Shown here in pieces: positions 13,878-24,635 of a stretch of 64,000 nucleotides of DNA (within the stretch, counting starts at the first letter, position 1; every line of letters begins with the position of its first letter). The stretch covers positions 22,632,001 to 22,696,000 of the forward strand of contig NW_024704743.1 in NCBI RefSeq assembly GCF_018977255.1, written 5' to 3'. The stretch is from Callorhinchus milii (taxonomy: Eukaryota). Under the pieces are notes generated by a model. It saw only the letters and a program-made list of their open reading frames with translations, had not been told where the DNA came from and searched no databases. The position numbers and the translations under genes are program-made.

Positions 13878-14815
13878 TCTGTAAGCTTCATAATATCGAA
13901 AAAATGTCACACATGGGAAAAGGTAAAAAGAACTCACTGTTCTAAGCTTTGAGTTTTATCGCTTGTACGTGCAGCAGCTAATAGCAAGTCATCCACTAGA
14001 AGATAAGAAAAATTGAAAAGCGTATCCAGAAAGGAAATATTTTCTGAATGGTAATAATACTAATAATAATCCTTGAATTTGATATAGTGTCTTATCAAGC
14101 CGTTCGTGGAGATGGTGCAAAAAGTAGGATTTGAACCAGTCGAAAAAAGAGTCCTAGCCAACCTGATGGGGGGGAGAGAGGGTATAAATTAAACTTCCTG
14201 TTCCGAATTGTTTTACTACTAGAAGCAATATTTCTTTGCATTCAACAATATTTTATACCTTGGTTCGAATTTCCTTTGCCTTCTCAGTGTTCTCTAGCTG
14301 TTTCCTACATTTGAGATTGTACTACGACTGAATTACTATTGAATCCTGTTACCGGGAAAACCACTTAGTATTCTTCCTGGATCACTTTCATTTCATACAA
14401 CTCTGTGTTCAGTACTTGAGATTTTTATCTCGCATTGAGCATTTCACTGATTTTGAAAAGTAGGAATTTCCATCAACAATAGAAAGAGGACCAAAATTTA
14501 CAAGAAACAAAAGCAAGTTAGAGAATGTGTAAAGGAATATTGTTTTCTATTAGTATTTCAGAATGACTAGAATGCCATAATTCTTCTTGAGAAGTTTTTC
14601 TTATTTGAAATCTGGATGAACGATTAACAACAACAACAACAAAATTACATTTATATAGCACCTTTCATGTCAGGAGATTAAGTGGATGAACTCACTAAGG
14701 TTGAAATTGGTGGATAGAAAATTAAATAAGCCACGAAGCAGCGGTTAACCCTTAACCTAGGGTTTTAAAAAATTATTTAGTTTTGTGAACAAAAGCTGAG
14801 ACAAGCTAAATCCTC

Positions 14816-14974
14816 GAGCCTATCCAGAATCTCAGCCTCTCTAATATTATAGCCCTGGAGCTCAAATTATGTTGGCTCTTGAGGTCAGGATTTTAGTGTC
14901 CTCCCTGGTAAAAAAAAACCTCCAAGAAGTAATCATTGAATATGGCCGATGCTGTCTCCTGTTCATTCTCTTTT
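14816..14974 (+). repeat. About 160-bp direct duplicate of 16377-16531 (CR1-derived sequence)
   Basis: gagcctatccagaatctcagcctctctaat...gttcattctctttt occurs at both positions with scattered mismatches and indels. Confidence 0.9.
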
Positions 14975-15008
14975 ATTGAACTCAATGTAAACATACCAGC
15001 TTTGAGTC

Positions 15009-15657
15009 AGTGTGCACAGATACTCTGTGGAAAAGTACTGAGAGCCACATGTGCACAGATACTCTGTGGAAAAGTACTGAGAGCCACATGTGCACAGATA
15101 CTCTGTGGAAAAGTACTGAGAGCCACATGTGCACAGATACTCTGTGGAAAAGTACTGAGAGCCACATGTGCACAGATACTCTGTGGAAAAGTACTGAGAG
15201 CCACATGTGCACAGATACTCTGTGGAAAAGTACTGAGAGCCACATGTGCACAGATACTCTTATGGAAAAGTACTGAGAGCCACATGTGCACAGATACTCT
15301 GTGGAAAAGTACTGAGAGCCACATGTGCACAGATACTCTGTGGAAAAGTACTGAGAGCCACATGTGCACAGATACTCTGTGGAAAAGTACTGAGAGCCAC
15401 ATGTGCACAGATACTCTATGGAAAAGTACTGAGGGCCACATGTGCACAGATACTCTGTGGAAAAGTACTGAGAGCCACATGTGCACAGATACTCTGTGGA
15501 AAAGTACTGAGAGCCACATGTGCACAGATACTCTGTGGAAAAGTACTGAGAGCCACATGTGCACAGATACTCTGTGGAAAAGTACTGAGAGCCACATGTG
15601 CACAGATACTCTGTGGAAAAGTACTGAGAGCCACATGTGCACAGATACTCTTATGGA
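15009..15657 (+). repeat. 39-bp minisatellite, about 16 copies (tgtgcacagatactctgtggaaaagtactgagagccaca)
   Basis: Directly visible near-perfect tandem units; reverse complement of the array at 16862-20960. Confidence 0.95.
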
Positions 15658-15734
15658 TAGTCCTCTCGTGTGGAATATAAACACCAGCCAAACGTAATGG
15701 CCTGTTTCTGACCTGTACGTTCTATGAATTTTGA

Positions 15735-16600
15735 ATCCTACACTGAGTCTGGAAATCCAGGCCTTTAATATATAGGAGGTACAGGAGGGGTATAAACACC
15801 GCTTGGTACCTCTCCCCATTTTGACACGCTCCCCTAACAAAGACGCTCTGCTTCCTTCCCATCGGGTAATTCTGAATCCACGCCCATGTCTTGCCCTTAG
15901 TATCTAGTGTCAACAGTTTGTGAAGGAATCTTCCATGTAGTACTTTATCAAATGCCTTTTGGAAGTCGAGATAAACTACATCATGTGGCTTGCCACAGTC
16001 AGTTTGAGCTGTTATCTCCTCAAAAAAGCCTACAAGATGGTCAGACAAGACCTACCCTTTTTGAACCCGTGTTGGCTGTCATTTATTAGATTATATTTAT
16101 ATAGGTAATCTTCAACTTCCTTTCGGACGATTGGGGCCATAATTTTTCCTATTATTGAGTTCAGGCTCATGGCTCTATAATTGCTAGGTTTAATTTTGTG
16201 TCTTTCTTGAATATGGGAACAACAACTATTTGTTTCCAGTCTGTTGCAACCTCCTCATTCCTGACTGACTGCTTCATAATGTCTGTCAGTACTGCACAAA
16301 GCTCCTGCTTTGTCTCCTTAAGTAGCCTGGGGTACAGTTTATCTGTCCCAGAGGATTTGTTATTGTTAAGCCCCTTGAGCCTATCCAGAATCTCAGCCTC
16401 TCTAATATATAGACCTGGAGCTCAAATTATGTTGGCGCTTGAGGTCAGGATTTTAGTGTCCTCCGTGGTAAAAAAAAACCTCCAAGAAGTAATCGTTGAA
16501 AATGTTTGCTGTCTCCTGTTCATTCTCTTTTTCAACCCCTTTTGAACGCCTTATGTTCTTAACATCTTCCCTGACTACCTTCTACTGCTGTAATATTGAA
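15735..16600 (-). mobile_element. Decayed CR1-type LINE fragment (RT region)
   Basis: Minus-strand ORF with YLDFQKAFDKV...W..N....RKQ, typical of CR1 ORF2; frameshifted. Confidence 0.85.
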
Positions 16601-16607
16601 ATAATAA

Positions 16608-16632
16608 NNNNNNNNNNNNNNNNNNNNNNNNN
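16608..16632. other. Assembly gap of 25 N
   Basis: Run of 25 n characters. Confidence 0.99.
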
Positions 16633-16861
16633 TAAATAATAATAATAATCCTTGTATTTGGACTAGCACATTTCCTTTCAGAAAACGATTTGTTGTTGTT
16701 GAGAGTTACCTGGAGGGGTATGGGGAAAGGGCAGGTAAATGGGACTGAAAAGATTATTCTTGAGGGAGCCGGCACAAACACTGTGGGCTAAATGGCCTTC
16801 TTCTGTGCCATAAATATCTATGGTTCTATCACTTCTGTCAATTCCATTCTGTAAGGCTTTA

Positions 16862-19800
16862 CTTGTGGCTCCTCAGTACTTTTCCAATAAGAGTATCTGT
16901 GCACATGTGGCTCTCAGTACTTTTCCATAGAGTATCTGTGCACATGTGGCTCTCAGTACTTTTCCACAGAGTATCTGTGCACATGTGGCTCTCAGTACTT
17001 TTCCACAGAGTATCTGTGCACATGTGGCTCTCAGTACTTTTCCACAGAGTATCTGTGCACATGTGGCTCTCAGTACTTTTCCACAGAGTATCTGTGCACA
17101 TGTGGCTCTCAGTACTTTTCCACAGAGTATCTGTGCACATGTGGCTCTCAGTACTTTTCCACAGAGTATCTGTGCACATGTGGCCTCAGTACTTTCCATA
17201 AGAGTATCTGTGCACATGTGGCTCTCAGTACTTTTCCACAGAGTATCTGTGCACATGTGGCTCTCAGTACTTTTCCACAGAGTATCTGTGCACATGTGGC
17301 TCTCAGTACTTTTCCACAGAGTATCTGTGCACATGTGGCTCTCAGTACTTTTCCACAGAGTATCTGTGCACATGTGGCCCTCAGTACTTTTCCACAGAGT
17401 ATCTGTGCACATGTGGCTCTCAGTACTTTTCCACAGAGTATCTGTGCACATGTGGCTCTCAGTACTTTTCCACAGAGTATCTGTGCACATGTGGCTCTCA
17501 GTACTTTTCCACAGAGTATCTGTGCACATGTGGCTCTCAGTACTTTTCCAAAGAGTATCTGTGCACATGTGGCTCTCAGTACTTTTCCACAGAGTATCTG
17601 TGCACATGTGGCTCTCAGTACTTTTCCACAGAGTATCTGTGCACATGTGGCTCTCAGTACTTTTCCACAGAGTATCTGTGCACATGTGGCTCTCAGTACT
17701 TTTCCACAGAGTATCTGTGCACATGTGGCCTCTCAGTACTTTTCCACAGAGTATCTGTGCACATGTGGCTCTCAGTACTTTTCCACAGAGTATCTGTGCA
17801 CATGTGGCCCATCCAGGTATCTCAGGCCTAGTATCCACAGAGTATCTGTGCACATGTGGCCCTCAGTACTTTTCCATAAGAGTATCTGTGCACATGTGGC
17901 TCTCAGTACTTTTCCACAGAGTATCTGTGCACATGTGGCTCTCAGTACTTTTCCACAGAGTATCTGTGCACATGTGGCTCTCAGTACTTTTCCACAGAGT
18001 ATCTGTGCACATGTGGCTCTCAGTACTTTTCCAAAGAGTATCTGTGCACATGTGGCTCTCAGTACTTTTCCACAGAGTATCTGTGCACATGTGGCCCTCA
18101 GTACTTTTCCACAGAGTATCTGTGCACATGTGGCTCTCAGTACTTTTCCACAGAGTATCTGTGCACATGTGGCTCTCAGTACTTTTCCACAGAGTATCTG
18201 TGCACATGTGGCTCTCAGTACTTTTCCACAGAGTATCTGTGCACATGTGGCTCTCAGTACTTTTCCACAGAGTATCTGTGCACATGTGGCTCTCAGTACT
18301 TTTCCACAGAGTATCTGTGCACATGTGGCTCTCAGTACTTTTCCACAGAGTATCTGTGTGTGGCTCTCAGTACTTTTCCACAGAGTATCTGTGCACATGT
18401 GGCTCAGTACTTTTCCACAGAGTATCTGTGCACATGTGGCTCTCAGTACTTTTCCACAGAGTATCTGTGCACATGTGGCTCTCAGTACTTTTCCACAGAG
18501 TATCTGTGCACATGTGGCTCTCAGTACTTTTCCACAGAGTATCTGTGCACATGTGGCCTCAGTACTTTTCCAAAGAGTATCTGTGCACATGTGGCTCTCA
18601 GTACTTTTCCACAGAGTATCTGTGCACATGTGGCCCTCAGTACTTTTCCATAGAGTATCTGTGCACATGTGGCTCTCAGTACTTTTCCACAGAGTATCTG
18701 TGCACATGTGGCTCTCAGTACTTTTCCACAGAGTATCTGTGCACATGTGGCTCTCAGTACTTTTCCACAGAGTATCTGTGCACATGTGGCCCTCAGTACT
18801 TTTCCACAGAGTATCTGTGCACATGTGGCTCTCAGTACTTTTCCACAGGGTATCTGTGCACATGTGGCTCTCAGTACTTTTCCACAGAGTATCTGTGCAC
18901 ATGTGGCTCTCAGTACTTTTCCACAGAGTATCTGTGCACATGTGGCTCTCAGTACTTTTCCACAGAGTATCTGTGCACATGTGGCTCTCAGTACTTTTCC
19001 AAAGAGTATCTGTGCACATGTGGCTCTCAGTACTTTTCCACAGAGTATCTGTGCACATGTGGCCCTCAGTACTTTTCCATAAGAGTATCTGTGCACATGT
19101 GGCTCTCAGTACTTTTCCACAGAGTATCTGTGCACATGTGGCTCTCAGTACTTTTCCACAGAGTATCTGTGCACATGTGGCTCTCAGTACTTTTCCACAG
19201 AGTATCTGTGCACATGTGGCTCTCAGTACTTTTCCACAGAGTATCTGTGCACATGTGGCTCTCAGTACTTTTCCACAGAGTATCTGTGCACATGTGGCCC
19301 TCAGTACTTTTCCATAAGAGTATCTGTGCACATGTGGCTCTCAGTACTTCTCCATAGAGTATCTGTGCACATGTGGCCCTCAGTACTTTTCCACAGAGTA
19401 TCTGTGCACATGTGGCTCTCAGTACTTTTCCACAGAGTATCTGTGCACATGTGGCTCTCAGTACTTTTCCAAAGAGTATCTGTGCACATGTGGCTCTCAG
19501 TACTTTTCCACAGAGTATCTGTGCACATGTGGCTCTCAGTACTTTTCCACAGAGTATCTGTGCACATGTGGCCCTCAGTACTTTTCCAAAGAGTATCTGT
19601 GCACATGTGGCTCTCAGTACTTTTCCATAGAGTATCTGTGCACATGTGGCTCTCAGTACTTTTCCAAAGAGTATCTGTGCACATGTGGCTCTCAGTACTT
19701 TTCCACAGAGTATCTGTGCACATGTGGCTCTCAGTACTTTTCCACAGAGTATCTGTGCACATGTGCCCTCAGTACTTTTCCACAGAGTATCTGTGCACAT

Positions 19801-20960
19801 GTGGCCCTCAGTACTTTTCCACAGAGTATCTGTGCACATGTGGCTCTCAGTACTTTTCCACAGAGTATCTGTGCACATGTGGCTCTCAGTACTTTTCCAC
19901 AGAGTATCTGTGCACATGTGGCTCTCAGTACTTTTCCACAGAGTATCTGTGCACATGTGGCTCTCAGTACTTTTCCACAGAGTATCTGTGCACATGTGGC
20001 TCTCAGTACTTTTCCAAAGAGTATCTGTGCACATGTGGCTCTCAGTACTTTTCCAAAGAGTATCTGTGCACATGTGGCTCTCAGTACTTTTCCACAGAGT
20101 ATCTGTGCACATGTGGCTCTCAGTACTTTTCCACAGAGTATCTGTGCACATGTGGCTCTCAGTACTTTTCCACAGAGTATCTGTGCACATGTGGCCCTCA
20201 GTACTTTTCCACAGAGTATCTGTGCACATGTGGCTCTCAGTACTTTTCCACAGAGTATCTGTGCACATGTGGCCCTCAGTACTTTTCCAAAGAGTATCTG
20301 TGCACATGTGGCTCTCAGTACTTTTCCAAAGAGTATCTGTGCACATGTGGCTCTCAGTACTTTTCCACAGAGTATCTGTGCACATGTGGCTCTCAGTACT
20401 TTTCCACAGAGTATCTGTGCACATGTGGCTCTCAGTACTTTTCCACAGAGTATCTGTGCACATGTGGCTCTCAGTACTTTTCCACAGAGTATCTGTGCAC
20501 ATGTGGCCCTCAGTACTTTTCCATAAGAGTATCTGCGCACATGTGGCCCTCAGTACTTTTCCATAAGAGTATCTGCGCACATGTGGCTCTCAGTACTTTT
20601 CCATAAGAGTATCTGTGCACATGTGGCCCTCAGTACTTTTCCATAAGAGTATCTGTGCACATGTGGCTCTCAGTACTTTTCCATAAGAGTATCTGTGCAC
20701 ATGTGGCTCTCAGTACTTTTCCATAGAGTATCTGTGCACATGTGGCTCTCAGTACTTTTCCACAGAGTATCTGTGCACATGTGGCTCTCAGTACTTTTCC
20801 AAAGAGTATCTGTGCACATGTGGCTCTCAGTACTTTTCCACAGAGTATCTGTGCACATGTGGCTCTCAGTACTTTTCCATAAGAGTATCTGTGCACATGT
20901 GGCTCTCAGTACTTTTCCATAAGAGTATCTGCGCACATGTGGCTCTCAGTACTTCTCCAC
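16862..20960 (-). repeat. 39-bp minisatellite, about 105 copies, opposite orientation to the first array
   Basis: Head-to-tail units of ctcagtacttttccacagagtatctgtgcacatgtggct with a few recurrent variants and no unique spacers. Confidence 0.97.
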
Positions 20961-21229
20961 TGAAGCGCTGATGCCACACAGAGGAGTGTGTGGCCCTTTC
21001 TGACGTCAGGGCGGTGTGGCTGTGACAGTGTCCCCGCCCCCTCTCTCCCTCTCTGACCCCCCCCCCACCCCCGGCCCCGCCCCCTCCGCCCTCTTTCTCT
21101 TTTATATGGAGAAGTGAAGACCGGCGCCGGGAACCGAGAGAGACGCAGAGAGACAGAGTCGGGGCCGCAGTCCCCACTGCCGACCCCATCCCATCCCCGT
21201 CACCGTCCCCATCCCGTCCCCATCCCGCG
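20961..21229 (+). promoter_or_regulatory. Putative GADL1 promoter / 5' UTR in a CpG island
   Basis: CpG-rich. Perfect CRE TGACGTCA at 21001-21008, GC boxes (GGGCGG 21009-21014; CCGCCC near 21034, 21077, 21086) and TATA-like TTTATAT at 21101-21107, all upstream of the exon 1 ATG. Confidence 0.7.
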
Positions 21230-21314
21230 ATGGGAGACACGAACAACAACAACAGCAGCAGCAGCGACTGCTCCCGCGCGATGGACGGGCAGAGCCTGAG
21301 CGGGACACACTCGG
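21230..21314 (+). CDS. GADL1: GADL1 coding exon 1 (MGDTNNNNSSSSDCSRAMDGQSLSGTHS + 1 nt)
   Basis: ATG in strong Kozak context (gcgATGG) inside a CpG island. Donor G|gtgcgt is phase 1 and matches the phase-1 acceptor at 28674. Similarity to the mammalian N-terminus is weak, so this exon is less certain than the others. Confidence 0.72.
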
Positions 21315-21359
21315 GTGCGTTGGGGTGAAGGAAGCTGCGGGTGTGCGGGGTGGGTTCCG

Positions 21360-21809
21360 GGTGTGCGGGGGCAGGGGCTGGGGGCTGGGGGTGGGGGGCT
21401 CTGGGGGGCGGGGGCTGGGGGTGGGGGCTCTGGGGGGCTCTGGGGGCAGGGGCTGCGGCTGGGGTGCTGCGGCTGGGCTGGGGGTGGGGGGCTCTGGGGG
21501 GCTGGGGGCTCGGGCTGGGGGTGGGGGGCTCTGGGGGCTGGGGGCAGGGGCTGGGGGGCTCTGGGGGGCTGGGGGTGGGGGCTCTGGGGGGGCGGGGCTG
21601 GGGGGGTGGGGGGCTCTGGGGGGCAGGGGCTGCGGCTGGGGTGCTGCGGCTGGGCTGGGGCTCTGGGGGGGCTCTGGGGGGCTCTGGGGGGCAGGGGCTG
21701 GGGGCTGGGGGGCTGGGGCTGGGGGGCTGGGGCTGGGGGGCTGGGGCTGGGGGGCTGGGGGGCTGGGGGGCTGGGGCTGGGGGCTGGGGGTGGGGGGCTG
21801 GGGGTGGGG
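21360..21809 (+). repeat. Extremely G-rich low-complexity repeat at the start of intron 1
   Basis: Iterated ctggggg / ggggct motifs, with an internal duplicate ggggcaggggctgcggctggggtgctgcggctgggctgggg. Confidence 0.92.
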
Positions 21810-21892
21810 ATTATTTTTATTATTTATAAACCTCGTGGCGGGGGGTTTCTCAGGCGTTTTTAACCCCGTCACCGGCAATTCTCCAAACTGGA

Positions 21893-22090
21893 CTCTCTCT
21901 CTCTCGTGTGTGTGTTTTTTATATATATATATATATGTGTGTATTTATTTATCGAGAGAGAGAGAGAGAGAGAGAGATGGATAAAACAGCCCATTCCTCT
22001 TTTCAAAGCATCTCATGAGTTTGAACTTTTATTTTCCAGACTGCCTTTCAGTCTGTCAGTCTGTCAGTCTGTCTGTCTGTCTGTCTGTCA
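21893..22090. repeat. Microsatellite cluster: (CT)n, (GT)n, (TA)n, (GA)n, (TCTG)n
   Basis: Directly visible. Confidence 0.9.
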
Positions 22091-23819
22091 TTCACTTCTT
22101 TAATTATTTATCTCTCGGTGTGGACAGTCGATCCTCAAAAGATGCTCACAAGGTGGAAACTTGTGCTCCTGCATGTGTTTTGTGTTGGAAAAGCTTACGT
22201 GTGGTCTTGGGGGGGGGTTTCTGAATTGCAGTGTTCACGTACGACTCGAATTTGCATCCAGATCAGTGCAGAGATATACACATTACTGTCTTAATAATAG
22301 ATAGAAAAAAGAAGAAAACCTTAGCGAACCTCTTTTCCCTTCGCAAAGTGCAGCGAGCAATTTACAGACGGTTCCAATATGTGGTTTTTATACTGTTGCG
22401 GATTCACAGTGAATTGCTGAAATTTTAACGGGGGGGGGGAGAAAAACTTCCTCAAATACTAGGCAGGTCTCTTACATTGGAAGCCATGATCCCCTGTTAC
22501 CAATCCGTTAAATTATGTCGCTGCACATGAGACGTTTAAGTGCCATGTCCTGCTACACTTGCTGCAAGGAAGGGAACACTAACGTGCAGAATATATTGAA
22601 CCTTGCTTTTGTGGAAGTCTGGGCTGGCCTTGAAGAAACGATGCTATTTAAATCCTTCGTAAAATGTCAACACGGTGAATTAGTCAAATGGTTAGAGTTA
22701 TTGGTTTCCTTGTTTTGGATTAGTGCATTTTCCTTCTCCAGTTTGGCAGCAGAAGTTTTTGATCTTGGGGAACCTCAAACACGCTGTGAAAATGGTCCAA
22801 AGAGGACTCTGACTTTATCTGCTTTACCAGGACTAATGATACTATTCCTGGAGAGATTATTTTATATTATTAAATGTAGTACACTGAGGCCATCCTGCTT
22901 TAAGTGTTTCAATTCATAGCTCTTAAACTTAATAAATCAGCTGGAGGTAAATGGTATGAGACTCTTGTTTCATTTTATGATTCTATCATCAGAACCAGAT
23001 GTATTTGCATACCCTACACAATCCCTCCTAATAATAATAACCTTAGACAAATTTCCTTAAACCACATGCCTGTTTCCCTAGCAGTAAGTAGGAACCCGGT
23101 TGTTAGTCGATTTGTCTTTTCAGAGGGTAACAATCCCTCCAAAAGAAATGGCACTCAATCCACGACTGTTTGTGGGACACTGCTGTGTGCAGTTAGCTGC
23201 TGTGTTTTGCCCACAAAATACACAATTCACTTTACAGTATATTTTGTGAAGTACTTTGAGACTTTTTATCAATGTGATAAGGCAGTTATTTCATAATGAT
23301 GTTTATCATGGGTAATGCAATGATTCTACTCTGTACGTTGGAAAAGGAATAATTAAGGCTTAGGAAAATGTGTAACCAAGACGAGTTTGCTTATGTTGCA
23401 AAGGTTAGTTGTGATCTAATCAGAATCATATTACATGTTGGAAGAACTTGTTGCATTGGAAACCAAACAGATTGCACCCTGTTTAATTCCTTGACGACTG
23501 AAGCAGCATTTGTGTCTCTTTTGTATGGTAACATGGTGTCGGCCTGGCTCACAGCCCGGTCGCACTCTCACCTCAATGTTGTGGGTTCACTCCCCATGTT
23601 GAGCCTTGGATAGTCTCGGCTGACACTCAAATGCTGTGCTGGGGTGGGGGTGTGCTGCCTTGTGCTTCACTGAGGTGACTAACTTCAGATGAGATGTTAA
23701 ACATCTGCCTGCCCAGCGGATGTTAAAGATTCCATGGCACTGTTCGAAAAGTGAAGGGAGCTTCTCCCAGTATCCTGGCCAAAGATTCCTGATAAAATTC
23801 ATCCTTTATGAAAGTTATC

Positions 23820-24635
23820 TCGCCTCAGGCGCTGACTGCATCAGTCTACCTGGATGCACACTTCATCTCACGGAGCCAGTGCGGAACCTCGGTGTCTTGT
23901 TCGACTCTCAGTTGTCCTTTATACCCCACATCTGTTCCTTGACCAGTTTAGCTTTCCCCCACATATGCAACATTACCCGCCTCTGCCATTACCTCTCTCC
24001 CCGAGCCGCTGAGACCTTCATCACGTCCAGGCTAGACTATGCCAAATCTCTGCTCACTGGACTTCCCAACTCTTCCCTCCACAAGCTGTGTACTACAACA
24101 ACAACAGCAAGATTACATTTGTATAGTGCCTTTTAAGTCGGCTGGACGTCCCAAGGCGCTGGACAGAGTACAGCATTTCAGACCTGAACTGGGGTTGGGG
24201 GGGCAAGGGAGGGGAGGGGAAGCGGGGGGGGCCGATGGCATGGTGGAAGAGGAGGGTTTTGAGGTGGGACTTGAAGGAGGCTAAGGAGGGAGTGAAGCGG
24301 AGTGACTGGGGGATGGAATTCCAAAGGTTGGGGGCAGAGTGGCTGAAGGCTCTCCCGCTGGTGGGTCGGGGGACGTGGAGAAGGCCAGAGCCGGCTGAGC
24401 GGAAGGAACAGGCGGGTCGGTAGGGGGTGAGGAGGTCACAGAGGTAGGGTGGGGCGAGGCCATGGAGGGCTTTGTAGGTGAGGACCAGGATCTTGAACTG
24501 GATCCTCTGAAGGATAGGGAGTCAGTGGAGTCGGGGGAGATGGGATCACGGTGTTTGGTCTGGGAGTGGACATGGGCTGCAGAGTTCCGGGTTATCTGCA
24601 GTCTGTGGAGGGAGGAGTTGAGAAGGCTGACACGC
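23820..24635. mobile_element. Two converging L2 fragments (+ 23820-24088; - 24095-24635)
   Basis: RNLGVLFDSQLSF...SRLDY on +, followed by a (CAA)n tail and an L2 3' end on -. Confidence 0.8.

Noticed and set aside
14936..20936. Long repetitive ORFs up to 803 aa (e.g. MCTDTLWKSTESH, LSTFPQSICAHVA repeats)
   Set aside because: A 39-bp unit equals 13 codons and is stop-free in five of six frames. Indel units switch frames freely, so there is no sign of coding constraint.
15009..20960. CRISPR array, suggested by regular 39-bp periodicity with palindromes
   Set aside because: Units are head-to-tail with no unique spacers, there are no cas genes, and the context is a vertebrate intron-exon locus.
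21102..21984. Pro-rich and Gly-rich ORFs
   Set aside because: By-products of the G-rich low-complexity tract in intron 1.
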